A stretch of DNA of 64,000 bases from an uncultured delta proteobacterium (GCA_963804165.1 CAWDPO010000001.1:64001-128000); one strand, 5' to 3'. Positions 32,022 to 42,222 are shown, counted from the first letter of the stretch. The notes: generated from the letters alone by a model not told the origin. Translations and numbers: made by a program.

Positions 32022-35000
32022 ATGAAACTTCGTTCCTTTCTCATTCTGCTCGTTATCGCCGCGGTCCTGCCGGTCGTGATTTTCGCCGCGGTCATGACCT
32101 ACTTATCGTACCGGCAGCAACGAGAGAAACTTGCTGATCGCATGATCGAGAGGGCACGCGCGATTTCAGCGGCGTTGGATCGCGAGTTTATGGTTTCCAT
32201 TCAGAGCTTGAAGGTGCTCGCGGCATCGACGCATCTCGATAACGGAGAACTCGCGGAATTCTACGGCGATATGAAAGGCGCGCTCGCAGCCTACAACCGC
32301 GCCTGGCAAAACCTCACACTGGTCGACGCATCCGGTCAGCAACTGATCAACCTTCGCCGCCCTTTCGGCGCGCCCCTGCCGGCCACAGGCAATCCCGCAG
32401 CCCTTGAACAGGCTCGCCGGACGAAACAGGTCGTTATTGCCAACGTTTCTCCAGGACCCGTAACCGGTGCTCCTGGCGTCGTTGTGCACCTACCCATTCT
32501 CAAGGACGGCGAGGTTAAATATTTTCTTAATGCCATCTTTTATCCGGCACCGCTGACGGATCTTCTCTTGCAACAAAAACTCCCAGCCGGCTGGATCGCC
32601 ACGATTATCGATCGCAACCACAACATCGCGGCGCGGACTCGCGACGTCGGGAAGTTTATCGGCAAACCCGTGTCGGCAATCTTTGCCGCGCAGGCGAAAC
32701 AGTCCCAGGAAGGCACCTGGCGCGCCACCACGCTCGACGGCTCCGCCGTCGTCGCCGCTCATCATCGCTCGGATTTCACCGGCTGGACCGTGGGCATCGG
32801 CAGTCCCATTGAGGAGATTGACGCGCCGCTTATGAGATCGCTGATGACGACTGGCGCCGGCGGGCTGGTGCTTCTCTGTTTCGCCCTTGCTTTCGCGGTG
32901 GCTCTTGGGCGACGTATCGCCGGGCCGGTCGCGATGCTCTCCGGCGCCGCCGAAAAGTTGGGCCGCGGGGAAATAGCGAAGGTACCCGGATCGCCGATCG
33001 CCGAACTAAACCGCCTGGCCCAAGGGCTGGGAAGTGCCGCGAAGCTGCGTATCGAAGCAGAGGAACAACTGCGTTATCAGCTGCAGCTCAGCCAAAACAT
33101 CACGGATAAAGCGGCCGACTCCATCTTTGTCTCTGATAAACTGGGCCGAATAACCTTTATCAACCCGGAAGCCGAACGAACTTTCGGCTTCGGCGCCGAA
33201 GAGCTTATCGGTCAGACTCTGCACGAAAAGCTTCATCACCATTATGTCGACGGTCGCCCGTTCCCGCCCCAGGACTGCGTCCTCGAGCAGATTCCCGCCG
33301 CGGAGAACTCCGTGCGAAACAAGCAAGACGTATTCTTTCGCAAGGACGGCTCGGCAGTCGAAGTGGAGTGCTCCAATGCTTCGCTGGAAGTAAACGATGA
33401 GCGGGTCGGCGCAGTCTTGATGGTGCGCGATGTCACGGAACGGAACAAAAACGCGTTGCGTATTCGGCAGCTAAACCGCGTCTACGCGGTTCTGAGCGAC
33501 ATCAACCAAGCCATCGTGCGCCTGCGCGACCGGCGAACGCTTTTGACCAGCGCCTGCCGCATCGCCGTCGAGAAAGGCGGGTTCCGCATGGCATGGATCG
33601 GCCGTGTCGATCCGCGAACCGGAAGACTCGAAGCCGCCGCCGAGGCCGGCTTCGCCGACGGCTACGTCGAGCAATTGACGAGCGTAACGGGAAGCTCTCA
33701 GTACAACGACGAACCTTCGGCCAGCGCCCTACGCCAAAGCGCGCACGAAGTTTGTAACGATATCGAGCTCGACCGGGGCTCGGTTCCATGGCGAGAAGAA
33801 GCGCTGCGGCGCGGTTTCCGCTCGTGCGCCGCCTTGCCGCTCAAGATCGGCGACGAAGTGGTCGCAACGTTTAATCTTTATTCGAGCGAGCCGGGATTTT
33901 TCAACGCCGAGGAATTGGCTCTCCTCGATGAATTGGCGGCGGATATCGGCCTAGCATTGGAAATCCAACGTCAAGAGTCGGAAAGATCTCTCGCGGAGAA
34001 TGCTCTGCGCGAAAGCGAAGAGCGGTTCCGCCAATTAGCCGAAAACATCCGTGAAGTTTTTTGGCTAAGCACACCCGATAAGTCGCGCATCATTTACGTC
34101 AGTTCGGGCTATGAAATGATCTGGGGTCGCAGTTGTCAAAGTCTGTACAACTCGCCGCGCGATTGGCTCGACGCCATTCATCCCGAAGATCGCGAGCCGG
34201 TGCTCCAGGCCGCGCTGAGTGAACAGGAAACCGGCATCTACGACAAGGAATTTCGCATCGTACGACCGGACGGCGCTATCCGCTGGATTCGCGACCGGGC
34301 CTTTCCGGTGCGCGACGTCGCCGGCGCGGTTTACCGCATCGCCGGGATCGCCGAGGACATCACCGGCCGCAAGGACGCGGAAGTCCGGGCGCAAACTCAA
34401 AACAAAGAACTCCAGGTCCTGCACGATATCGGACAGGACATTAACTCCGTTGATTCACCGGACGTCGAGTTGCGGGACGTTCTCGCGCATATCCTGCAAA
34501 GATTGATCGTCGTCGGATCGTTTGATCTTGGCAGTATTCGTGTCGAAGACGTATCCGACGCACTCCCGCTCATACTGGTCCATCACGGCTACCACCACCC
34601 CGAACAGATAAATCGATCCACGAGAATTATGAATCGAGGGAACGCCGCTCAATATCCCGCGCGATATCGCGTTGTCGAGACCGGCAATGCTAAGGCGGTG
34701 GATGACGTCCAGAGCTATGACGGTCTGACCACGCTCAAAGCTGAAGGTCTTCGCTCGGTGCTCTTGGTGCCGCTGCGTCACGACGAAAACACTGTCGGCC
34801 TGCTGCAACTTGGGTCGCGCAGCCCGCGCAAATTTGCTCTTGATGAGATTCGTTTTTACGAGACCCTGGGCAGCTACCTGGCGGTGGCCACTCAACGACA
34901 CCGGCTCTTGGAAAAATTGACGGCGGCAAAGGAGGGTCTTGAAATCGAAGTCGCCGCGCGCACGCGTGAATTAACCGCGGCCAACGAAAGGCTGACCGAG

Positions 35001-35693
35001 CTGGACCAACTCAAATCGCAATTTCTCGCCAATATGTCCCATGAGCTGCGCACGCCGCTGAACGCCATCATCGGTTTCACGCAGCTTATGCACGACGGCA
35101 AGGTCAGCGGACCGGTGTCCGCCGAGCAAAAGGAATACCTCGGCGATATTCTGAGCAGCGCCACGCACCTCCTGCAACTGATCAACGATGTCCTCGATTT
35201 GTCAAAGGTCGAGGCTGGCCGAATGGAAATTCTCGAGAGCACGTTCTCTCTCGACGAGGTCATCGTCGAGGTCGTGCAAAACGTCACGCCCATCATGTCC
35301 GTCAAAGGGTTGAAGCTGATCCGCGACATCCCGCAGGACCTTGCACCGATCACCACCGACCGGAGAAAGCTTGTGCAAATCCTGCTAAATCTCGCAAGCA
35401 ATGCCGTGAAATTTACCGATCACGGTGAGATCGGCATCCATTGCCAGGCGTCCGCGGGCACCCTCCGAATGAGCGTGTCCGATACGGGTATCGGCATCAA
35501 ACCGGCGGAATTGGCGCGGCTGTTTCAACCGTTTTCTCAGATCGATGACAGTTTGCAAAAGCGCCACGAAGGAACCGGCCTTGGGTTGTACCTATCCGGG
35601 CGACTGGCGACCCTCCTCGGCGGTGACCTTACGGTTGAGAGCGAGTATGGCAAAGGCTCGACGTTTACGCTTACGCTTCCGTACACCAACTGA
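32022..35693 (+). CDS. Membrane sensor histidine kinase (Cache-HAMP-PAS-GAF-PAS-GAF-HisKA-HATPase)
   Basis: TM segments; PAS (IHPEDR, RPDG), GAF and FLANMSHELRTPLN; NAVKFT and GTGLGL. Confidence 0.93.
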   Translation: MKLRSFLILLVIAAVLPVVIFAAVMTYLSYRQQREKLADRMIERARAISAALDREFMVSIQSLKVLAASTHLDNGELAEFYGDMKGALAAYNRAWQNLTLVDASGQQLINLRRPFGAPLPATGNPAALEQARRTKQVVIANVSPGPVTGAPGVVVHLPILKDGEVKYFLNAIFYPAPLTDLLLQQKLPAGWIATIIDRNHNIAARTRDVGKFIGKPVSAIFAAQAKQSQEGTWRATTLDGSAVVAAHHRSDFTGWTVGIGSPIEEIDAPLMRSLMTTGAGGLVLLCFALAFAVALGRRIAGPVAMLSGAAEKLGRGEIAKVPGSPIAELNRLAQGLGSAAKLRIEAEEQLRYQLQLSQNITDKAADSIFVSDKLGRITFINPEAERTFGFGAEELIGQTLHEKLHHHYVDGRPFPPQDCVLEQIPAAENSVRNKQDVFFRKDGSAVEVECSNASLEVNDERVGAVLMVRDVTERNKNALRIRQLNRVYAVLSDINQAIVRLRDRRTLLTSACRIAVEKGGFRMAWIGRVDPRTGRLEAAAEAGFADGYVEQLTSVTGSSQYNDEPSASALRQSAHEVCNDIELDRGSVPWREEALRRGFRSCAALPLKIGDEVVATFNLYSSEPGFFNAEELALLDELAADIGLALEIQRQESERSLAENALRESEERFRQLAENIREVFWLSTPDKSRIIYVSSGYEMIWGRSCQSLYNSPRDWLDAIHPEDREPVLQAALSEQETGIYDKEFRIVRPDGAIRWIRDRAFPVRDVAGAVYRIAGIAEDITGRKDAEVRAQTQNKELQVLHDIGQDINSVDSPDVELRDVLAHILQRLIVVGSFDLGSIRVEDVSDALPLILVHHGYHHPEQINRSTRIMNRGNAAQYPARYRVVETGNAKAVDDVQSYDGLTTLKAEGLRSVLLVPLRHDENTVGLLQLGSRSPRKFALDEIRFYETLGSYLAVATQRHRLLEKLTAAKEGLEIEVAARTRELTAANERLTELDQLKSQFLANMSHELRTPLNAIIGFTQLMHDGKVSGPVSAEQKEYLGDILSSATHLLQLINDVLDLSKVEAGRMEILESTFSLDEVIVEVVQNVTPIMSVKGLKLIRDIPQDLAPITTDRRKLVQILLNLASNAVKFTDHGEIGIHCQASAGTLRMSVSDTGIGIKPAELARLFQPFSQIDDSLQKRHEGTGLGLYLSGRLATLLGGDLTVESEYGKGSTFTLTLPYTN

Positions 35694-35728
35694 ATCGGCC
35701 TTGATTCCAAGCCGCGGGATTCTACATC

Positions 35729-35754
35729 GGTCGACTGTAAGTCGACTTTTTTTT
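35729..35754 (+). terminator. Intrinsic terminator
   Basis: GTCGAC-TGTAA-GTCGAC stem-loop followed by T8, downstream of the kinase stop. Confidence 0.7.
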
Positions 35755-35920
35755 CGCTGAATCCGAGAACCCAGCTGCCGCCCTGCGGTCATCAATACAG
35801 CCGCAACCGAGCTGTTAGACACAAGCTCCAAACTCAAGACCAACCAACCGCTATTGATTACGTACCGGGAGTGAGTATCGTCGTGACGAGGTCCATTCAG
35901 AATGAGGAGAGATCTAAACG

Positions 35921-36715
35921 ATGAGCTATGATAGTTTTGATTTTGACACCACTGATGGCATCGCCACCATTCGCTTCAACAACCCGGAGAAACTCAATGC
36001 GCTGACCTTCCAAACCTACGCCGATTTGGAAAAAATCATGGAAGATTTGGCCCATGACGACGCGGTCGACGTTGTCATGATTACGGGGACCGGCAAAGGA
36101 TTCTGCTCCGGCGGCAGCGTCAACGATATCATCGGCCCGCTCCTCAGTATGGCAAGCGACGAGCTCTATAACTTCACGAGCATGACCTGCAATGTCGTGA
36201 GAAACATGCGCCGGCTGAAAAAGCCCATTATCGCCGCGGTCAATGGCATCGCGGCAGGCGCCGGCGCGGTGCTCATGCTCGCCGCGGACCTCAGAATCTT
36301 CTCGGATCAAGCGCGCGCGGCGTTTCTCTTCGTCAAAGTCGGCTTATCCGGTGCCGACATGGGCGCGCTCTATTTACTGCCTCGCATCGTCGGTTTAGGC
36401 AAAGCAACCGAGCTGATCTTCTTCGGCGATAGCATCGACGCTCAAGAAGCTTATCGCATCGGCCTCGCCAATCGCGTCGTGCCGGCTGAAAGCCTGATTT
36501 CTGAAGCGCGTCAATGGGCGCTCCGTCTAAAGGCCGGGCCCCGGCACGCTCTCGGTGTCACCAAGGCACTTTTTGAGAGCGAAGCAAACTCGGAGTTGGA
36601 AGCCGCTTTGGAAATGGAAGCACGGGCACAGGCTCAATGTATGCAAGCGAGCGATTTCCGCGAGGGCTTCAACGCTTTCCTAGAAAAACGACCGCCGCGA
36701 TTCAACCGCTCATAG
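35921..36715 (+). CDS. Enoyl-CoA hydratase/isomerase family protein
   Basis: PEKLNAL, FCSGG, KPIIAAVNG.AAGAG, F.KVGL and EG..AF.EKRPP motifs. Confidence 0.92.
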   Translation: MSYDSFDFDTTDGIATIRFNNPEKLNALTFQTYADLEKIMEDLAHDDAVDVVMITGTGKGFCSGGSVNDIIGPLLSMASDELYNFTSMTCNVVRNMRRLKKPIIAAVNGIAAGAGAVLMLAADLRIFSDQARAAFLFVKVGLSGADMGALYLLPRIVGLGKATELIFFGDSIDAQEAYRIGLANRVVPAESLISEARQWALRLKAGPRHALGVTKALFESEANSELEAALEMEARAQAQCMQASDFREGFNAFLEKRPPRFNRS

Positions 36716-36850
36716 GCATCGATCCCGCTGATTAGATGCGCAAGACCATCTTGCATGAATCATCGCATCCGCGATGCCGGCGATGCTCAGAGGCGTATAC
36801 CGCGCAAGCGTTCGTCATTGCCGTCTTTGAGGTTCTTTTGTCCAGGCAAA

Positions 36851-37078
36851 TCAGTACAGCACAGCTCGCAGTCGAGGATGGATCGCGGTCAGGCGATTGT
36901 GATGACCCTTCCAGAAAGTAATGTTGGATTTCGTCAGGTAAACAAGATCGAGAGCTTCGATCGTGAGTCCCAACCCCCACACCACCGAGGCACACGGCTC
37001 GCAGACCTTCAAATCGACAACCTTGCCGTAGGCCCGATACACGGCTTTGGTATGTCTCCGGCAGCGCTGGCAGTTCAT
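36851..37078 (-). CDS. Small hypothetical protein with two CxxC motifs
   Basis: MNCQRC...VCEPC; RBS GAGG. Confidence 0.55.
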   Translation of the reverse strand: MNCQRCRRHTKAVYRAYGKVVDLKVCEPCASVVWGLGLTIEALDLVYLTKSNITFWKGHHNRLTAIHPRLRAVLY

Positions 37079-37093
37079 CAACCTCATCGCGGT

Positions 37094-37420
37094 TTAGCCA
37101 ATCACGCAAAAAATCCGCTGCTTGGACGCCGCATCGAGCTTTGTCCAACCGCGCGTTGCCTGTTTGTTCTCGCCGCGCACGTCATTCCGTCGGTTTGTCA
37201 TTTCGCTCGTGCGTAGGTTGACCGAGGCGACTCGATCCCGTGAAGTTTGCGAGTCCTTAACCGGATCGTCACTGCTTATCCTTAGGTCCTCCGGCTGCAG
37301 TGACAGCCTGACGCCATCGTCAGGGAAAACCCAGCGTCCAAGCCAAGGACCGCGGCTGACGGAATCCTGCTGATTTAAGGCGTGCCAGAAAAGCGGCCAA
37401 TCGATTTCTGCTATTTTCAT
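37094..37420 (-). CDS. Hypothetical protein
   Basis: RBS GGGAG and a protein-like N-terminus; no recognised domain. Confidence 0.35.
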   Translation of the reverse strand: MKIAEIDWPLFWHALNQQDSVSRGPWLGRWVFPDDGVRLSLQPEDLRISSDDPVKDSQTSRDRVASVNLRTSEMTNRRNDVRGENKQATRGWTKLDAASKQRIFCVIG

Positions 37421-37688
37421 TTCACTTATCTCCCAAGTAAAATTACCGCGCGCGCCCGCCCATCAATTCGCCTGCGTACCGGCCGGATCCGCGGCGCAGA
37501 TAGCGCAAGCGGGTTTGAAACCACGTGCCTTCGGGCCACTGCCAATTGTTTCCGGGGAGCCCTTCACCACCATAGGCGCCGTTATTTACGCGACTTAGAG
37601 TAAAAATTAGTTCCCATGAGTTCATTGCAAAATCTCCTCCTCTTTCGGATGACGTTGAACGGGTCTCATGCCGGATTCCGTGCGACGC

Positions 37689-38111
37689 TCAACCGGCGAG
37701 CTTGGATCGCTCCGCGACCTCGGCATAGCGATTCGTTTTTTGGTTTCTTTCTTTCCATCGCAGCAACCCCTGGCGCACGTATTCGGGGTTTAACCCCAAT
37801 GCTTCGCAAACGCTGTCGAAGGAAAAAATCCAATCGCCGGACGCCGTGCGGATCCATTGCTCGGTTTCTTCGAATAACCTCTTTTTCTTGGCGCCGCGCG
37901 AAATCAAATTGACCTGGTAGCAATTAATTGCGTCTTCCAAGAGCGCCAGCATAAGCCGCTTCTCCGGCTCGAAGTAGGTTTTTCTGCGCAGGTTTTCAAA
38001 GTACTGAGCCGACAGCAACATGTCGGGCTGAAACAACGACGTGATCTTCTCGTCTGCCGTGAGCGCGCTCTGCTCACTATCGTGACTTACGCTGGCCGCG
38101 CGTGGATTCAT
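37689..38111 (-). CDS. Conserved hypothetical helical protein (PEKRLMLA..EDA / FSF..VCE.LGL.P family)
   Basis: Recognisable motif family; RBS GGAGG. Confidence 0.75.
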   Translation of the reverse strand: MNPRAASVSHDSEQSALTADEKITSLFQPDMLLSAQYFENLRRKTYFEPEKRLMLALLEDAINCYQVNLISRGAKKKRLFEETEQWIRTASGDWIFSFDSVCEALGLNPEYVRQGLLRWKERNQKTNRYAEVAERSKLAG

Positions 38112-38123
38112 GCTTCCCTCCCG

Positions 38124-38465
38124 CTAATCAATATTGCGACCCATGTGAGGGTCGATTTTGCGCACGATCTCGGTTTTGCTCGCGGCGCCCAGCAGGCGTT
38201 CGATTTCCGCGCCGTCTTTAAAGAGAATCAGTGTCGGAATCCCGCGAACGTCGTAACGCGCTGCGGTGCGCGGGCTGTCGTCGACATTCAATTTGACAAC
38301 CCGGCCGCGCTCAGCCCAATCGATCGCGAGCGCTTCAACCGTCGGCGCGAGCGCACGGCATGGCGTGCACCACTCGGCCCAAAAATCCACCAATACCGGT
38401 TTTTCTGAGTGCAAAACCTCCTGCTCGAAATTGTCATCGTTTATTTCCCCGATCGCTCTACTCAT
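38124..38465 (-). CDS. trxA: Thioredoxin
   Basis: PVLVDFWAEWCTPC, KLNVD and RGIPTL.LFKDG motifs; the start overlaps the upstream stop (ATGA). Confidence 0.9.
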   Translation of the reverse strand: MSRAIGEINDDNFEQEVLHSEKPVLVDFWAEWCTPCRALAPTVEALAIDWAERGRVVKLNVDDSPRTAARYDVRGIPTLILFKDGAEIERLLGAASKTEIVRKIDPHMGRNID

Positions 38466-38737
38466 CGTCGTTCTCCTCCTTTGATCTCTTCGATGATCGC
38501 GGTGATCATGCAACCCGCGGCGGCCAGCTCCGCGCCTTGCCGATGCATCTCGGCTAATACGATCCGTCCCGCCTGATCGACATACGACACCTGTTTCAGC
38601 ACGACGGTGACCTGCTCGCCGCTGCCGACAGCGCGCTGCCAGCATTCTTTCAATTCTGCGACCCAAGGACCGGTGAGGCTCCCCTCGAGCTCAAGAATCG
38701 TCTGCTGACCGTCAGCGTGAGTCGTGATTTTCAACAT
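38462..38737 (-). CDS. STAS-domain (anti-sigma antagonist-like) protein
   Basis: MLKIT..LELEG.L.GPWV.EL, V.L..VSYVD..G..L. Confidence 0.75.
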   Translation of the reverse strand: MLKITTHADGQQTILELEGSLTGPWVAELKECWQRAVGSGEQVTVVLKQVSYVDQAGRIVLAEMHRQGAELAAAGCMITAIIEEIKGGERR

Positions 38738-38754
38738 AAGTCAGAAAAAAGCCC

Positions 38755-39168
38755 TCAAAAAAAACTGCCCTCGACCAGCGGAACAAAGACTCCTTCAAGC
38801 TGCTCTTCTCCCTCGACGAACGCGCGATCGACGGCTACTCGTTGAATGCCAAAGCGATCGAACCAGGCAACGGCAACGAGACTACCGTCACGGTTGTAGA
38901 CCTCGAGATAATCCGACGTTCTTTGGGTCGATGGATCGTCGTAAACGACCGCCAAGCCCAGCGCTACGCCCTGTTCCACCAGGGGAGACAACAAAACCAA
39001 ACTCAACGGCTGCTGCGACATATCGAGCGTCGGTAAATCGATTTTGCTCCCCGAGCCGCCCTCCGCGGCACTGACATTCGGGCTGACTTGCGACGCGATC
39101 AAGATGGTCGCGGCGGCGAACAGCACAAGCTTGAACCCGGCTAAAGAAACTTTGTGTTTGAATGACAT
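38755..39168 (-). CDS. Secreted hypothetical protein
   Basis: Signal peptide; YDDP.T.R..DY.E.Y..W.DRFG motif; RBS GGAGG. Confidence 0.7.
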   Translation of the reverse strand: MSFKHKVSLAGFKLVLFAAATILIASQVSPNVSAAEGGSGSKIDLPTLDMSQQPLSLVLLSPLVEQGVALGLAVVYDDPSTQRTSDYLEVYNRDGSLVAVAWFDRFGIQRVAVDRAFVEGEEQLEGVFVPLVEGSFF

Positions 39169-39249
39169 TGTCGGTCCTCCCCGGTGCGACATTCTCACTG
39201 CCAAATAATTTGCCGAATAGACCCTAAGTCTCACGATGATCGAATCGGC

Positions 39250-39426
39250 TTAGGTTAACAGTCGACGGGCATCGCCGATGATTCTCGATCCTGCGCGCAT
39301 ACCGCGCAGACCAAACTCAATCGCCGTCGAAATCAGCGCCGCTTCGAAACCGTGGATTTGTGCTCGCGCCAGCCAAGCAGTGCCAATCCACAACAACCCT
39401 GCAAACATCGGAATATCGAGCTTCAT
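39250..39426 (-). CDS. Small (58 aa) membrane-associated protein, absent from the ORF track
   Basis: MKLDIPMFAGLLWIGTAWLARAQIHGFEAALISTAIEFGLRGMRAGSRIIGDARRLLT; RBS GGAGAGG; first ORF after a sigma54 promoter. Confidence 0.5.
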   Translation of the reverse strand: MKLDIPMFAGLLWIGTAWLARAQIHGFEAALISTAIEFGLRGMRAGSRIIGDARRLLT

Positions 39427-39471
39427 AACTTCTGCCGCCTCTCCAAGCTGTTCCTGTCATAAGGTGCTATG

Positions 39472-39487
39472 GCAACATGGGTGCCAA
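39472..39487 (-). promoter_or_regulatory. Sigma54 promoter
   Basis: TTGGCAC-CCATG-TTGC on the minus strand. Confidence 0.85.
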
Positions 39488-39582
39488 ACGTCCCGTGTGA
39501 AAAATGGCTCCGCAACTCGTGATAATTTGACAAGTTACGTCGGTGGAATGCGATTGTCCTAATGTGATGCCGAAAGTCTTGT

Positions 39583-39614
39583 GACGACCTGTCGGCACGC
39601 GCCGACATTATGGC
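39583..39614. promoter_or_regulatory. Tandem palindromic enhancer (UAS), copy 1
   Basis: GACGACCTGTCGGC-ACGC-GCCGACATTATGGC, 97 bp upstream of the -24 element. Confidence 0.7.
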
Positions 39615-39781
39615 TTGTCACGCGGGAGTAGAGGCTAATTGTTTGGCAGGAGCGAGACGGCGGGCGGACGCTGCGAGCGCTCCAAAGCCATCCGCTTTCG
39701 GCTAGGCGAAAGCAAAAAAGTAACGGAGAAGTTGGACTGAGGCGGCCTCCGCCATCGGCAATGCACTAACCCGCTGAACGA

Positions 39782-39853
39782 CCCTCGGCCTGAGCCGAGG
39801 GGGCTTCAAGTTTGTCGTTGACTTTAGTTCCCGTCATTCCCGCGTACGCGGGC
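39782..39853. repeat. Hairpin plus REP fragment
   Basis: CCCTCGGC-CTGA-GCCGAGGG and CGTCATTCCCGCGTACGCGGG. Confidence 0.55.
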
Positions 39854-40502
39854 TCTTTCTTGTTTTTATTCAATTCAAATCGACCCTGAATATTGGCCGG
39901 AGTTTATCCTGAGACTGATACGGATGTTGAGATCGAGACCAAGGCCTCGCAAAAGCGTACAACGGAGCAATCGTGTGTTGTAAGGAGGAGACCTTTAGTT
40001 ATAGCGCAAGCGCGATGCCCTCCGACGTAATTCAGACGAGCTAAGAAATGCTTGATAACCGGGATGTCAAGGAAACGCGCTGATGGAGCAAAACCAGTTG
40101 CTGAAAGACGCTGCCGAACTGCCGGAAGGTGACTCAATCTGGGCTTTAGTTTGCCTGAGCGATCGCACTCATTCAGTTCAGTTGCGATCGACGCAAACAA
40201 AACTCAGCTAAGAAAGAGAACCGAATCAATAGAAATTAGTCCCAGCCATTGATCACCAATCTTTTCATGAATAGCTTCGACACGCCTTGACATGAGCAAA
40301 ACGTGCGCTATGGGTGAATTAAGGATCACAAAAAAGCCTGCATTAATTTCCACGTGTAATTCTTCGCGTCTAGTTTTGCAAAAACTTCGTCCGGCATTCC
40401 AGGTCTGGCCGGCTTGTTTCGATCGAAAGCTTTAATCTCCTGATCGCAACAACCGCTGTGGTTTTGCGTGGTATAAAAACTTTTTCTTGGGGGAGGACTC
40501 TC

Positions 40503-40766
40503 ATGCGACTAAGAGAACACCCGAAAATCCAGTGGTCGCCGAGGTGGTCAGAGCGGGCTGAAAACTCGCTTGGGGGAGAAGACGGGATTTTAAAAGACGT
40601 GGATTTTGACGGACCGAGCAAGCTGCTTCTAAGCAACGAAATGGACGGGCAAATTTATTCTGCCGAACTATATTGCTTCAACACGGCTTTCACCCGCAGG
40701 CTCCACGAAAAACTCATGCCCATGTTGGGGCGACCAATACGAGAAGTGGGGGAACTCGATTTATAG
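40503..40766 (+). CDS. Hypothetical protein
   Basis: RBS GGAGG; 87 aa ORF MRLREHPKI..W. Confidence 0.6.
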   Translation: MRLREHPKIQWSPRWSERAENSLGGEDGILKDVDFDGPSKLLLSNEMDGQIYSAELYCFNTAFTRRLHEKLMPMLGRPIREVGELDL

Positions 40767-40799
40767 GATTATAGGATGACTCTAAAAAAGGAGGACATC

Positions 40800-41270
40800 A
40801 TGAGGCATGCAACACACGGGGATACCGTAAAGGTTCATTACCGCGGCAAACTGCACGACGGCTCTGTATTCGATGATACCGGCGATCGCGAACCCCTACA
40901 GTTTACTATCGGTGAAGGTCAAGTCATCTCGGGTTTTGAGGAAGCCGTGGTCGGAATGAAACCCGGTGATTCGAAAACGACAGAGCTACCGGTAGAAAAA
41001 GCTTTTGGGCCCTACTTAGAAGAGAGGGTGGTTGAGGTGCCTAAAAACAAGTTTGCGCGCTGGGATACGGAGCCGACCGTAGGTGAACAGGTACCCATCC
41101 CTCAACCGGACGGACCGCCCATAGATGTAACCGTAACTGAGGTCACCGAATCGAAAGTGACTGTGGATTTCAACCACCCGTTGGCGGGAGAAGAATTGAC
41201 TATTGACATCGAGCTGATCGACAATCGACATCGTCTATGGGGCGCACTGACTATGAGAGCGAAACATTAG
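40800..41270 (+). CDS. slyD: FKBP-type peptidyl-prolyl isomerase (SlyD-like)
   Basis: GDTVKVHYRG, PL.F.IG.GQVI.GFE, AFG and DFNHPLAG motifs; no His-rich tail. Confidence 0.85.
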   Translation: MRHATHGDTVKVHYRGKLHDGSVFDDTGDREPLQFTIGEGQVISGFEEAVVGMKPGDSKTTELPVEKAFGPYLEERVVEVPKNKFARWDTEPTVGEQVPIPQPDGPPIDVTVTEVTESKVTVDFNHPLAGEELTIDIELIDNRHRLWGALTMRAKH

Positions 41271-41377
41271 CCAGTAATAATAGTGGCTGTGAGTAAAGTG
41301 GAAAAGAGCAGGGTCGAGAGACCACAGACAGCCTACAGCAAAAACGCCTGAAGACAGATAGAGGACTGTAACCGAAC

Positions 41378-41788
41378 ATGGAAACAAATTTATGCGAGAA
41401 AACGCTTTTTGAGTTGCTCCGGCAGGCGGAGCCAGAGCTACGCCAAAAGTATGGTGACGACTCAGCGGTTCAGATCCTGGATGAAGTGCTGTATCCGATT
41501 GCCGAAAAATTGATTGCAACGGATGCACGTTCGTCGGAACAGGCTGCAGCAAATAAACCCGTCCGAGAAGCGACGCAGCCAAAAACGGACAGGGAGCGGC
41601 TTGAGCAAATGCTCGCTACGCCAATAGAGGAAATGGTAAACGAAAGCATGCTGCAAGTGATCGCCAAAGCGCTCAGTATGTGCATCGATGAGCTTGATGA
41701 GTCTACAACCGATGAAGAGCGTTTTAATACGCTTGGCCGTGTTCTCAAGTCTATGGTCGTGTTGGGGCGATGGTCCGTGCTGCAATAA
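41378..41788 (+). CDS. Hypothetical protein
   Basis: 136 aa acidic helical ORF with RBS GAGG. Confidence 0.5.
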   Translation: METNLCEKTLFELLRQAEPELRQKYGDDSAVQILDEVLYPIAEKLIATDARSSEQAAANKPVREATQPKTDRERLEQMLATPIEEMVNESMLQVIAKALSMCIDELDESTTDEERFNTLGRVLKSMVVLGRWSVLQ

Positions 41789-41948
41789 GCCCAGCGCCTC
41801 GTGCAACCCGTGCGACGCGAGTAGGTTTACCACCACACGCTCTCGCGCCGCTTGTCCCCTTCCCTAACTGGCCGCTCCGAGGCCACCACCCCGCCGGCCC
41901 TAAATTCTGCTTTGGAAGCGCCTCCGCCGGAGCGGACCACAGCTGTCT

Positions 41949-42212
41949 TCACGACGGCAGATCCAGCCAGTAGCCGGCAAATTCGAAGCGGAGACGGGTT
42001 GCTTGTGACAGTTCAACAATTCGCTCGATCTCGAATTCGATCAGTCGCTCTCCGCCGGTGAATTCGGCAATCCGTGGATCCTCCCAAAGAATTTTTGCGC
42101 TTCCTGTAAGCTGTAACGCGTCGCCTGTTTGAAAGTTTGGAAACAGCAAACCGGCGCGCGGGTTCGAAAGGATGTTGCCGAGCGAGTTGAACATGTTATT
42201 GCCACGGTAGTA
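41949..42212 (-). pseudogene. C-terminal remnant of a pyridoxamine 5'-phosphate oxidase family protein
   Basis: YRGNNMFNSLGN..NPRAGLLF.NF.TG..LQLTG.A; the N-terminal part is absent. Confidence 0.75.
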
Positions 42213-42222
42213 CCTTATCGAC

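Noticed and set aside
39904-40370. AT-richer stretch with a 98 aa minus-strand ORF
   Set aside because: No recognisable motif, RBS or start context; possibly decayed foreign DNA
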